Positions 1 through 9,818 of a DNA stretch of 32,000 nucleotides are shown piece by piece. Source of the stretch: Candidatus Thorarchaeota archaeon. GTDB lineage: Archaea; Asgardarchaeota; Heimdallarchaeia; Hodarchaeales; Hodarchaeaceae. Made by a program: the position numbers and the translations under genes. Location of the stretch: contig JBHLRO010000006.1 in assembly GCA_048882505.1 (NCBI GenBank), positions 60,001 to 92,000 of the forward strand, in the 5' to 3' direction. Within the stretch, counting starts at the first letter, position 1. Every line of letters starts with the position of its first letter. The notes below the pieces were generated by a model. It saw only the letters and a program-made list of their open reading frames with translations. It ran no database searches and was not told the DNA's origin.

Positions 1-168
1 GAGGGTACGTTTTTGGTTGCAGAGATTAGAATTCCGTCACTTTGGTATAAGGATTTTGCTACGCATTGGGACAACCTTACTAATTACGAATTAATCCCCA
101 AAGTGGGCGTATTAACACCCGAATTTCACTTGAAACGAAATATAAATGTTTTAGACACTCTTTTTTAG
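1..168 (+). CDS. possible 3' end of a gene truncated by the window edge (55 codons, unknown product)
   Basis: Frame 1 is open from base 1 to TAG at 166-168 (EGTFLVAEIRIPSLWYKDF...LDTLF*); no recognisable motif. Confidence 0.3.
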   Translation, partial: EGTFLVAEIRIPSLWYKDFATHWDNLTNYELIPKVGVLTPEFHLKRNINVLDTLF

Positions 169-345
169 CCATTCATTTTAAATTAGATTTCCGAAATTTC
201 CTAAAAGGTCATCGCGAACTTTTCGGAACCGCTTCTTGATAAGGCTGAGGCGGTAATCTTTGTCGGATTAAAGGCAAAACCATCGTATGGTGGTTTTGAT
301 CGGAGGTGACAAGGAACGTGATGGATCCTTGGCCGTTCGATTGGG

Positions 346-1530
346 TCATAATGCCGAATACACGGGGACAACTGGGAACGTTTCGCGAACTATTCGATTT
401 AAGGTTTCTGACTCTTCAGTAGAGGAATCCATCTCTGGAAAAGTTTTATATAATGACGCAATACGATTGGTTAAGATATCTAGCGAGTTTTTAAGAGCTT
501 TAGAAGTGGTAGAAGTGACTATAATATAGCTAAGATTCTGTTGACGGTTTATTAAAAGGACTGAATCCTCCAGATGTAGTTCATGAAGACCTGAGGCAAG
601 AGCGTCAACTACTGCTTTCATTCCTGGAAAAAAGGCATCTCGATTGTGATGGGGAACTGTGATCCAACTGTACGAAAAGAGTGGTTCCGTAGTGTCCGTG
701 CGGATAATTACGAGTCGTGAGGAGTGAATGGGTAATACAAACAATAGTTTGGGTTCTGAGACAAAGGCAATCATGAAGAGAAAAGATCCAAACAAATGGG
801 CTATTTCTATAAGTCCAATGTCTTGACCTACCAGTTGGGTAAACAGCATAATGAGAGCAAGAAGATACACAAACGCTCCTATCAATGCAATACTAGCCTT
901 GTTCCTTATATCATCCGGTGCATTCAGGTAGAGAGTCCCCGTGTACAGAAGCAAGAGAAGGATTCGAAACCCCCAGAAGGAGAGCTGGATGTAATTTAGA
1001 AACACTGACACCGTCCTGGCCTCCACACCAGGAAGTAATGCGAAGACCACCATTCCAGTCGAGAGGATCGCGTATACGATTAGCTTAATGGGATCTAAGG
1101 ATGGCCGATGCGCGGAATCGACAAAGATAACCAAGAATATGGTAAATCCAGTCAAAATGAAAAATCCCGCAAAACCAAGAACATCTGCGAGGGTCATGGA
1201 TAATACTTCCCCCTTACTCGTTACTTTATACAGAGGAATCCCAATATCGGTCATTAGAACATTTATTGATAGGCTATTGGGATCAAAACCAAGTAAAAGA
1301 ATTTGTAATCCAAGTAACATAAACCAGGCAAACAAACCAGCAAAATCCAAGGAAAGCCACAAGAATTGCCTGTATTGCGTATCTATCCATCTTCTAAATC
1401 CAAAAACAAGGATTATGGAGATTATAAAGGCATGAAACAATGATATCAAGGAAATAAAGAGGAAATCTGCCATTACTTTCAAGTCCTCTGGCATAGTAAG
1501 GATAGATTGCCCTTCCTTGCCCCCCTCCAC
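346..1530 (-). CDS. 7-TM membrane protein with a C-terminal soluble domain resembling a longin/roadblock-like alpha/beta fold
   Basis: 394-aa ORF with seven hydrophobic segments in the first ~260 aa, then a ~130-aa soluble tail (EPLFSYSW...LHELHLEDSVLLINRQQNLSYIIVTSTTSKALKNSLDILTNRIASLY). Alternative ATG start at 1494. Confidence 0.7.
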   Translation of the reverse strand: MEGGKEGQSILTMPEDLKVMADFLFISLISLFHAFIISIILVFGFRRWIDTQYRQFLWLSLDFAGLFAWFMLLGLQILLLGFDPNSLSINVLMTDIGIPLYKVTSKGEVLSMTLADVLGFAGFFILTGFTIFLVIFVDSAHRPSLDPIKLIVYAILSTGMVVFALLPGVEARTVSVFLNYIQLSFWGFRILLLLLYTGTLYLNAPDDIRNKASIALIGAFVYLLALIMLFTQLVGQDIGLIEIAHLFGSFLFMIAFVSEPKLLFVLPIHSSRLVIIRTDTTEPLFSYSWITVPHHNRDAFFPGMKAVVDALASGLHELHLEDSVLLINRQQNLSYIIVTSTTSKALKNSLDILTNRIASLYKTFPEMDSSTEESETLNRIVRETFPVVPVYSAL

Positions 1531-1954
1531 GATTTTCTTGTCGCCTTAAAGTAGGACTTTTCGAGATTCGAATTTTTTGTTACCGATAGCTTTCGAATTC
1601 TTAGCGAGAGAAAACGTTTAACGAAACCACGCCCAAATTTGCATGAAAATCAAAGGGATATCCTTCAATCAGACGAGTATGGGTCTCGAGAACGACATCT
1701 GTGAAGGACTTGAGGAAGTTCCAAGGCGCTGGCTGTCCTTAGGGAGCCCAGCTGATCATTCCCTTAACCAGATTAAGGACCAAACCATCATAGGATTGTC
1801 ATAATTGGCAGCAGTGGGGATAATAGGAAGGTGTTACCACCTGTTGAATTTTCTGGCTCCTCTCAGGATTAGAATCTCACCAGAAAATTCAAATCTATTA
1901 TCCGCTGGCAAAAAGAAAAGCAGATAGGAATGCGATGATGAGGAAGGTTTCGAG

Positions 1955-4879
1955 CTGAGAGCACCTGGAGTCCAGAAAATAACCGGAGGATGGTTAATCC
2001 TTCTCTTTTTGTTCATGCCAGTTTTTGCTCTGGATTCTACTGTGTATATCGTGTTTTCTGCGGAGCACTCGACATCCTATGAAATACATGGGCCAATTTA
2101 CATCGTTGGAAACCAAGATTTTCATACTCAAGCCAGTTCAGAAAATTGGGCGGGAAATGGAACACTAACCTCCCCGTACGTCATCGAGAGCCTCTATTTG
2201 GTCGGCCAAGCTGACTTGATTCGAATAGAAGGTACGGATGTATTTTTTAGTATCAATAATTGCTGGATAGGATTCGGATCTAATGGGATTTCCTTGGCTA
2301 ATGTAACCAACGGGCGGATTATGGGCAATAACATCACCTATAACGACGGTTACGGAATTGATCTCTGGGCTTCCACAAATACTCTCATTTCGGGGAATAC
2401 AATCACAAACAACAATAACATCGGAATAAATCAGAATTACCTGGAAAATACCACGATCTCAGGGAATATAATATCCAAAAACGGCGGGGGGGGAATAGAT
2501 GGAAGTTTCTCTAATAGAAGTTCCATAATTGGCAATACTATTTCTGAGCATTGGGGAACTGGTATTCATATGTATATCTCGATTGGCAATATCATTGACA
2601 GTAATAACCTAACTGGTAACCGAATCAATGGCATCGGCCTTGAAGGGTCATCCAATATCACTATAACCAGCAATACCCTTACGAGTAACGGTGGATCTGG
2701 GATAAATCTAGCCTACTCTGGGAATAATCGCATTATTGATAATAGCCTAGTAAACAATGGTCTAAATATTGATGGCTGGGAGCTTGAGCACTATTTACAA
2801 ACTGAAGTGGCCAATAATTCAGTTAATGGTAAGTTAATAGTTTATTGGCAGCAGATTACTGGGGGAACCGTCCCAACGGGCGCTGGCGAAGTTATTTTGG
2901 TGAATTGCACAGGAATCGAGGTTACTGGACTGACCATTGAGAATGCATCGACAGGGATCCGTGTTGTTTTCGGTTCTAATGTAGTAATACACGATAATAA
3001 CATTTTCAATATGGTTAGATCTGGAATTGATATAGGAAACACACAGAATACTACGATAACGGGGAATACTCTTACCAATAATTCCGATGGCATCATTTTT
3101 CAAAATTCCATATCTGGAATCATCACTGGGAACAAAATTAGAAACAGGGGTGGTCGGGGACGGGGAATGGGAATAAGATTGGATTATTCCCATAAAATTA
3201 ATGTTTCAGGGAACATCATCAGCAATAACGAATACAATGGCATTTGGCTAGAATCATCTGATAGTAATCATATTGCAGCCAACAATATCACTGATAACGG
3301 ACACAACGGCATTCGTTTGGGAGCTTCCAGTAATAACACTATTTTGGGTAATAATATCCTAAATAACTCACACCATGGTATTCGTGTGAGGGATTCAGGA
3401 AACAGTACGGTTTTAGGCAATACTGTCGTTGCCAGCGGCGTGGATGGGATTAATATTGCTAACGCGGGCAGTTCGACCATTTCGAGCAATGCGGTGATTG
3501 ATAATGAGAGAATTGGAATGCATTTTGTTTCTTCGGGAAATAATCGAATTACTGATAACATCCTTGTAAACAATGGCATGGATGTTGAAGGTGGGGCCCT
3601 CGAGGATTATGTACAAGCTGATGTGGGCAATAATTCGATTGATGGGAAACCGATAATTTATTTTCAGCAGGTTACCGGAGCGACCGTCCCATACGATGCG
3701 AGTGAAGTGTTTTTGGTCGATTGTCATGACGTCGCGGTGATCGATTTGACCCTTTCGGACGGTTTGTTAGGTATGGTGGCTGCCTATAGCTCTAACTTGA
3801 GGATTTCCGGTAATAAAATATCCAGTAATGTAAGAGAAGGGATACGTTTGTATCGTACGGATAATAGCATTATTTCTGATAATTCTGTTAAAGACAACGG
3901 ATGGGATGGTATTCATCTGAGTGCCGCAGGTTATAACGTTATATCGGATAACGATGTCATTAATAACGGAGGATGGGGGATTACAGTGTCTGATTCCGAA
4001 ACAAACATCATTTCAGGAAATTTGGTAACGCAAAGTACCGATGGTATTAACATAGACTCCTCGAATAATCCCATCATTACAAGCAATACCGTTAGGGATA
4101 ACAGCGGATCTGGTTTACGGATAAGATTTACGCCAGGAAGCAATATTTCCACCAACACCATTACTAACAACGGAGCCTCGGGAATATACTTGGAAGGATC
4201 TGGGGAGAGCATTATCGGAGAAAATTCTATTACGAGGAGTCATGAGGCAGGCGTCTATCTGCTTCAATCAAACGGTTGCAACATTACCAGCAATATAATC
4301 ATGGAAAATGAAGGGATCGGCCTTGATCTATTCTTTGCTGAGAATGCTGTCGTTTCAGGAAATGCAGTTGGTAATAACAACCTTTGGGGAATTATGTTAC
4401 GTCATTCACAGGACAGCTTAATAATGGAGAATTCAGTAAACGATAATGAAGTCGGTGGCGTCTACCTGTCAGGATCTGGAAGTACTAAAATTTTGGGTAA
4501 TCTAATCGCCAATAACTCATATTATGGAATCTATCTAACCCAATCAGCCGGATGCGTTGTCGCTGGAAATAACTTCATTGGAAACAACAGAGTGAATGAG
4601 CAAGCATTTGATGATAGCCCAAATAATACGTTTATTTTTAATTACTGGAATGACTGGACAGGCCCAGATACCAATCGAGACGGAGTGGTAGATCAACCTT
4701 ACCGCATTGATGGAACAGCAAATAACTACGATAACTTTCCTCTGATTAACCCTGTCGTAGATCACGCAGTTGCAACCCCTGATCATTTGGTTACTGTTTC
4801 CTTTCTGGTTCTCGTGATTCTTGGCGCTATAGGGTTTTCAACTCGGATTAAACGCGGGGACAAAACTGCCAGGATTTGA
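1955..4879 (+). CDS. NosD/CASH right-handed parallel beta-helix surface protein with C-terminal membrane anchor
   Basis: Many I-x-x-N-x-I-x-x-N-x-x-x-G-I-x-L repeats, C-terminal NYW-x-x-W-x-x-PD..DG..D..Y-x-IDG motif, then TM helix and basic tail. The track start (TTG 2009) cuts the signal h-region; the frame is open back to CTG 1955. Confidence 0.9.
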   Translation: MRAPGVQKITGGWLILLFLFMPVFALDSTVYIVFSAEHSTSYEIHGPIYIVGNQDFHTQASSENWAGNGTLTSPYVIESLYLVGQADLIRIEGTDVFFSINNCWIGFGSNGISLANVTNGRIMGNNITYNDGYGIDLWASTNTLISGNTITNNNNIGINQNYLENTTISGNIISKNGGGGIDGSFSNRSSIIGNTISEHWGTGIHMYISIGNIIDSNNLTGNRINGIGLEGSSNITITSNTLTSNGGSGINLAYSGNNRIIDNSLVNNGLNIDGWELEHYLQTEVANNSVNGKLIVYWQQITGGTVPTGAGEVILVNCTGIEVTGLTIENASTGIRVVFGSNVVIHDNNIFNMVRSGIDIGNTQNTTITGNTLTNNSDGIIFQNSISGIITGNKIRNRGGRGRGMGIRLDYSHKINVSGNIISNNEYNGIWLESSDSNHIAANNITDNGHNGIRLGASSNNTILGNNILNNSHHGIRVRDSGNSTVLGNTVVASGVDGINIANAGSSTISSNAVIDNERIGMHFVSSGNNRITDNILVNNGMDVEGGALEDYVQADVGNNSIDGKPIIYFQQVTGATVPYDASEVFLVDCHDVAVIDLTLSDGLLGMVAAYSSNLRISGNKISSNVREGIRLYRTDNSIISDNSVKDNGWDGIHLSAAGYNVISDNDVINNGGWGITVSDSETNIISGNLVTQSTDGINIDSSNNPIITSNTVRDNSGSGLRIRFTPGSNISTNTITNNGASGIYLEGSGESIIGENSITRSHEAGVYLLQSNGCNITSNIIMENEGIGLDLFFAENAVVSGNAVGNNNLWGIMLRHSQDSLIMENSVNDNEVGGVYLSGSGSTKILGNLIANNSYYGIYLTQSAGCVVAGNNFIGNNRVNEQAFDDSPNNTFIFNYWNDWTGPDTNRDGVVDQPYRIDGTANNYDNFPLINPVVDHAVATPDHLVTVSFLVLVILGAIGFSTRIKRGDKTARI

Positions 4880-5489
4880 GGTTGAAACCTAGCGTATTCA
4901 TGGAAATGTCTCTCAAATAGAGCATTCATGTTATATCTGAGTTTGATTGGATATTTCATTAGGGGACTTCTGATGGATTTAGTGGATTTCCTTAATACTT
5001 AAATCCAGAGACGGCAAAGGCTGTGGAGGAGAATTTCCAGGTTATCGAACTACCTTTAGTAAAAACATTAAGAAAAGAGTACAAATCAAAATCCCTATTT
5101 GGTGGAAAAACAAGCCATCAACGACAGACGAAGGAAGCAGGATCTGAAAATACTTAGTCGTCTTGACAAAGTCTATTGCTGCAACGCCCACTGGTCCTTT
5201 GGTAAAGATAAAGAACAAGTTGAATTTATTTTGAGGAAGAAGGAGGAGAGTGGGATAGTACCATGCCCATTACCAGGGCCAAGCTGTTGGATGGAATTTT
5301 AGGAAGGTACTCAAGATCATAAACGGAGTCCAGTGACCTCTCCGCGGCAGTTCTGACAAATAAAATGCATTAGACCAAACAATGGAAGAGATGTCAAATC
5401 CGATAAACACGTCTAGTCCTAAAGCCGCTGTGGAGATTAAAGAAGTTAGGTCTATTCCACATCAAAAAATGCCCAAAAGATATTGGGCC

Positions 5490-5732
5490 TCAAAATCGGT
5501 CCATCTTGGAATTTCGGGGTTCCGTTATCTGAAGATCTTTCTCAAAAGTTCTAGAGATCTCTCTCCTCTTGACATGGACGTTACCACGTAGTCCTGTGTA
5601 AGCAGGTATGCTAGCCACCGCGAAAAGTAAAATATAACCAACTATGGAAACAGCTATGGAGGGAAACAATAACAGAGAAAGAATTATACTTAAAAAGACT
5701 ATTACGAGTAAAACCCCACCTTTTCTTGCCAT
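5490..5732 (-). CDS. small two-TM membrane protein, unknown function
   Basis: 80-aa ORF: ATG start, two hydrophobic helices, charged C-terminal tail; GGAG-like motif upstream. Confidence 0.5.
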   Translation of the reverse strand: MARKGGVLLVIVFLSIILSLLLFPSIAVSIVGYILLFAVASIPAYTGLRGNVHVKRREISRTFEKDLQITEPRNSKMDRF

Positions 5733-5784
5733 TGCGAGAACCCCGACTCCAAATATTTTCCGAATTCATTGGCCCTGAACGGTC

Positions 5785-5949
5785 TTATTTACCTTTCCAT
5801 TGTAGAATAGACACCTCTCTTAATCCAGGAAGCCATAATAGAACAAAGACAACCACCCACACCCATTCCTGACCTATCAGTAAAATATCTACTCCTGGGA
5901 GGGGGATTGACGAAAGAAGAGAGACCAAATTTAATATCAGAATGAACAA
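5785..5949 (-). CDS. possible 54-aa hydrophobic protein (below ORF-track cutoff)
   Basis: TTG..TAA frame reading LFILILNLVSLLSSIPLPGVDILLIGQEWVWVVVFVLLWLPGLREVSILQWKGK; co-oriented with both neighbours. Confidence 0.25.
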   Translation of the reverse strand: MFILILNLVSLLSSIPLPGVDILLIGQEWVWVVVFVLLWLPGLREVSILQWKGK

Positions 5950-5991
5950 AAGTCCTGTTTAATTTTGGTGCAATGCATTCAAAACGCCCTG

Positions 5992-6165
5992 TTAAAATCC
6001 TCTGATTTGGCGCATCAAATTATAGGTGCGGATGTTTTCATATGCCCTTTCCTTTTCTTCTTCTAATTTACGCCTTTTGAATCCTCTTGATTCTTTCAAC
6101 CGTCTATAGTTGTCCACCCTGTGTATCTTTAGAGTAAGAGGTTTGTCACTTCCCTTTATTTTCAT
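5992..6165 (-). CDS. small basic 57-aa protein (below ORF-track cutoff)
   Basis: ATG 6165 to TAA 5992: MKIKGSDKPLTLKIHRVDNYRRLKESRGFKRRKLEEEKERAYENIRTYNLMRQIRGF; purine-rich, coding-like composition. Confidence 0.45.
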   Translation of the reverse strand: MKIKGSDKPLTLKIHRVDNYRRLKESRGFKRRKLEEEKERAYENIRTYNLMRQIRGF

Positions 6166-6621
6166 CCGAACAAGATCTGATTTTCACGTTATTTAGGTTA
6201 TGCATTGCTGGAAAGTTCGGTGCCTGATGGAGAGTTGTCGAAAGTACTCTTTCGTTCCCTCCTAGTCATCCTTCCAGTCGTTCGTCTTTCTCAGAGGGTG
6301 TGAAGGAGATTTCAGATCAGAGCTGAGTGAACGATATTGATTAAGATCTTTCTGGTCGTGTTGAGTTTCTTATTTCCATTCAGTCGCATAACTGGTAAAT
6401 ATCGAAGAAGAGCAGGGCAGACGAGACAAAAGTATCTCTTGCCACGCAGCTCTTCCTCCTTAGATTTTCATTTCGATAATCGGAGGGATAGGCCTTTAGG
6501 GCTAATTAAACTAGGTAAGTTAGTACAAATTGCATTCGAGGAGGCTTCGGAATGATTAATAGCCTCGACAGGAAAGAAACCGTCCTATTTGGGCTTTAGC
6601 TAGTAGCAAATGGTGTAATAA

Positions 6622-9600
6622 GTGATGAAACTTGAATGTAAGTCTTATTTTAGGTTTTTTATTATAAACATCGAGTTTTTGGTTTTGGTCAGTCTGATAA
6701 CGATAACTATGATAACCTTGACACCACAACTGCAACCATCGAATTCTTATTCAAACACGGATCAGAAACAGTCCAGTTTTGAGATAGATGAACCCTTGAA
6801 TACTCCTGTGGATAGGGCAACACCTTCAAATCTCGATAAAACAGTTTCCTCTGCTTTATGGTCTGGATCTTTATCCTTTCAAGAAAATCAGGGGCAATTT
6901 GGAAATTCTGCTGTTCGATATTATTTTAACGGAAGGGATTTTGGAATTGCGTTTTCCAGGACCGGGGTGACATATAAACTAACATCTGCCCTTGCTCAAG
7001 AGAAAAATATTCAGGCTTCTTTGTTTGATCTCGAATCAAGTTATGGACACGAACATCCATCCTTATCGTCTGGCCTGAGCACTTATATTAACATAGTTTT
7101 CGATAACTCCAACGCTGTTCAGCCAATGGGTCGTGAAGTGCATACCCATATGAGAAACTACCTGATCGGAAATGCTCCCGACTCATGGGTGACAGGGGTG
7201 AGGAGTTATGCTAGAGTTTTGTATGAAGAGTTATATTCTGGAGTCGATTTAATTTACTATTTTACTGCTGACGGACTCAAATATGAGTTTAGATTGCAGA
7301 ACGGGGCGGATCCCGCCATCATTCGTATGCGGTACAAAGGAGTAGACGAGCTTGAGATCGATGAACTGGGAAATTTGGTCGCCAGGACGGCTGCGGGCCC
7401 TCTCCAAGACCAGAATTTGTTGATTTATCAGAATACAGCTCATGGGCAGCATGAGATCCGGGGACAGTTTATCCTTTTGGATAGGTTGACTGTTGGCTTT
7501 CAAATACTCGAACCTTACGATCAAAACAGACCGCTTATCATCGATCCTCTGGTCTGGTCAACTTTCCTGGGCGGTGCTTCAGGAGACTTAGGGTATGCAC
7601 TTGCACTGGACACGGCAGATAATGTTTACGTGACAGGGCACACAGCAGATAGCATTCCCGATTTTCCTACTACCCCAGGTGCTTTTAATACGAGCCACAG
7701 TGGTTTCGACGACGTATTTGTTGCAAAATTCAGTGCGAATGGGACTAGATTGCTCTATTCTACGTTCATAGGAGGAAGTGGACCTGATTTCGGCTATGCT
7801 CTAACACTGGACAATGCCAATAATACATACTTGACTGGACTTACGACAAATCATACCATCGATTTTCCCACTACTGCAGGGGCGGTTAATACTACCCACA
7901 ACGGGAATTCCGACGTATTTGTTACGAAACTCAGCGCAGACGGAACCAGTTTGCTGTTTTCTACTCTTTTGGGGGGTAGCGGGGTCGATGTGGGTTATGC
8001 AATTGCGCTGGACCCCTCCAATAATGTCTACGTAACGGGATACACAGAGGACGCCGCGACCGATTTTCCTACGACGGTAGGTGCCTTTAACACGAGTCAC
8101 AATGGTGGAAATGATGTATTTGTTACGAAACTCAGCGCGGATGGCACTAGCTTACTCTATTCCACGTTTTTAGGGGGTAGCGGGATGGACGAGGGCCGTG
8201 CCCTGATGGTAGACGGAGCCATGAATACTTATGTGACGGGGCACACGGAAGATCATACGACCGACTTTCCCACCACTGTAGGTGCGATCAACACGAGTCA
8301 TAACGGGATTTTCGATGTATTTATCTTAAAATTAAGCCCCTCCGGGGGAAGCTTATTGTATTCCACCTTTCTCGGAGGTAGTGGGGTAGATTTCGGTTAT
8401 GCCTTAGCTATGGATGGTGCGAATAATGTTTATATTACTGGGTCAACAGATGACGCCACAACAGACTTTCCCACCACCGTAGGAGCAGTTAACACGACCC
8501 ACAGCGGAGGTTCGGATGTATATATTGCGATAATCAGTGCAGACGGTACGAGCTTACGTTACTCTACATTTTTGGGAGGGAGCGGACTTGATCAGGGTAA
8601 TGCTATCGCCTTAGATAGTGATAATAATATATATGTAACGGGATTCACGGAAGACCATACGACTGATTTTCCCGTTACTACGGTAAGTTATGACGGTACT
8701 CATAATGGAGCGGAGGATGTCTTTGTCAGCAAGCTTGACGCAAATGGTACGGCCCTGAGATATAGTACATTCCTGGGAGGCAGCGGAAGCGAACGGGGAA
8801 ATGCCCTTGCGGTGAATGATGTAAATATGGTTTACGTTGGAGGTAACACAGGTGACGCCATTATCGATTTTCCTGCCACCCCAGGCGCCGTAAATACGAC
8901 CCATAATGGTGGCACTGATTTATTTGCTTTCTTAATTCGAATTCCCACCGTGACATCCCCTCCAGTAGGATTATCTGCTGGTTTAGCTGGAAATCAAGGA
9001 GTTGTTTTATTTTGGAACGCACCTAGTAATGATGGAGATGCGCCGGTTACTTCATACCGCATTTATAGGAGTACAACGAGTGGAAGCTATGGGGTATTAC
9101 TTGCAGAGACTTCAATCCTCAAACTCTGGTTCAATGATTCAACAGTGGTTAGTGGACAGACCTATTATTACGTAGCGACCGCGATAAACGGGATGGGGGA
9201 AAGTGTTTGGTCAAATGAGGTCAGTATTACACTTCTTGCCGCAATCACTATCCCAGGCGTGCCGCAGAATGTTTCCACCTCTGCAGGAAGACACTTTATC
9301 GTAATTACTTGGGATCTGCCAACAAGTGATGGGGGATCCGCTATCATTCATTACAAAGTTTATCGGGGGACAATGAGTGGCGAATACCTATTACTCGGTA
9401 TCTCGATTAATCGTCAGTTCAACGATACTACAGCGGTCGGGGGGATAACCTATTATTATACGGTGACTGCGCTTAATGCTGTTGGGGAGAGTTTCCTTTC
9501 CATGGAGACCAGCAAGACAGCACTTATGGAAATGACTACGATTACCACTACAACAATCGTTACGACAAGCTCAACGACTGCCACGCCAAGCGTATTTCCA

Positions 9601-9669
9601 CAATTGCCACTAATATTGTTTTTTCTGTGCTCCCTTGTGATAGGGACTCATCGAAGAAGTAGAGTGTAG
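6622..9669 (+). CDS. SBBP beta-propeller repeat surface protein with two fibronectin type III domains, Thr-rich linker and C-terminal anchor
   Basis: Signal-like N-terminus; N-terminal FQENQGQ domain typical of SBBP proteins; seven YSTFLGGSG.D.G..(I/L)A.D...NVYVTG repeats; two FN3 units (L.W..P..DG...I..Y.IYR...SG.Y); TTITTTT linker, TM helix, RRSRV tail. Confidence 0.92.
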   Translation: MMKLECKSYFRFFIINIEFLVLVSLITITMITLTPQLQPSNSYSNTDQKQSSFEIDEPLNTPVDRATPSNLDKTVSSALWSGSLSFQENQGQFGNSAVRYYFNGRDFGIAFSRTGVTYKLTSALAQEKNIQASLFDLESSYGHEHPSLSSGLSTYINIVFDNSNAVQPMGREVHTHMRNYLIGNAPDSWVTGVRSYARVLYEELYSGVDLIYYFTADGLKYEFRLQNGADPAIIRMRYKGVDELEIDELGNLVARTAAGPLQDQNLLIYQNTAHGQHEIRGQFILLDRLTVGFQILEPYDQNRPLIIDPLVWSTFLGGASGDLGYALALDTADNVYVTGHTADSIPDFPTTPGAFNTSHSGFDDVFVAKFSANGTRLLYSTFIGGSGPDFGYALTLDNANNTYLTGLTTNHTIDFPTTAGAVNTTHNGNSDVFVTKLSADGTSLLFSTLLGGSGVDVGYAIALDPSNNVYVTGYTEDAATDFPTTVGAFNTSHNGGNDVFVTKLSADGTSLLYSTFLGGSGMDEGRALMVDGAMNTYVTGHTEDHTTDFPTTVGAINTSHNGIFDVFILKLSPSGGSLLYSTFLGGSGVDFGYALAMDGANNVYITGSTDDATTDFPTTVGAVNTTHSGGSDVYIAIISADGTSLRYSTFLGGSGLDQGNAIALDSDNNIYVTGFTEDHTTDFPVTTVSYDGTHNGAEDVFVSKLDANGTALRYSTFLGGSGSERGNALAVNDVNMVYVGGNTGDAIIDFPATPGAVNTTHNGGTDLFAFLIRIPTVTSPPVGLSAGLAGNQGVVLFWNAPSNDGDAPVTSYRIYRSTTSGSYGVLLAETSILKLWFNDSTVVSGQTYYYVATAINGMGESVWSNEVSITLLAAITIPGVPQNVSTSAGRHFIVITWDLPTSDGGSAIIHYKVYRGTMSGEYLLLGISINRQFNDTTAVGGITYYYTVTALNAVGESFLSMETSKTALMEMTTITTTTIVTTSSTTATPSVFPQLPLILFFLCSLVIGTHRRSRV
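7549..8940 (+). repeat. seven intragenic tandem repeats, ~201-nt (67-aa) period, SBBP blades
   Basis: For example gtatttgttacgaaactcagcgc occurs identically at 7915 and 8116 (201 nt apart); STF(L/I)GG-like motifs recur seven times. Confidence 0.9.
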
Positions 9670-9818
9670 CCCAAAATACGAAATTTTCTTTAAAGGCGCG
9701 AACGAACCCCTAACAAGCATCACCGCCCAATAGCCCTTCAATAGCGATGGAGGGCAATTGCTTAGGCCTAACTGAACGTATACGCAATGTCAAAGAGAAG
9801 GAATGGGAAAAATTCAAT

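Noticed and set aside
1643-1803. Short ORFs in the 1531-1950 intergenic region, one starting MKIKG like the 5992..6165 ORF
   Set aside because: Only 32-41 codons, and similarity ends after five residues.
2834-4786. Several 80-119 aa antisense ORFs over the NosD gene (and 10229..10681 over the second paralog)
   Set aside because: Shadow frames of repetitive Asn/Ile/Gly-rich coding sequence with no independent motifs.
4981-5302. Protein-like fragments in two frames (YLNPETAKAVEENFQVIELPLVKTL and track ORF 5099..5302) that could be a frameshifted remnant
   Set aside because: No family recognised and no convincing start or RBS; cannot be distinguished from chance without a search.
7249-8904. 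Antisense ORFs over the SBBP repeats and the 201-nt periodicity as a possible CRISPR or non-coding array
   Set aside because: The period is a multiple of three, repeats are degenerate at third positions and lie within one open frame; no spacer structure.
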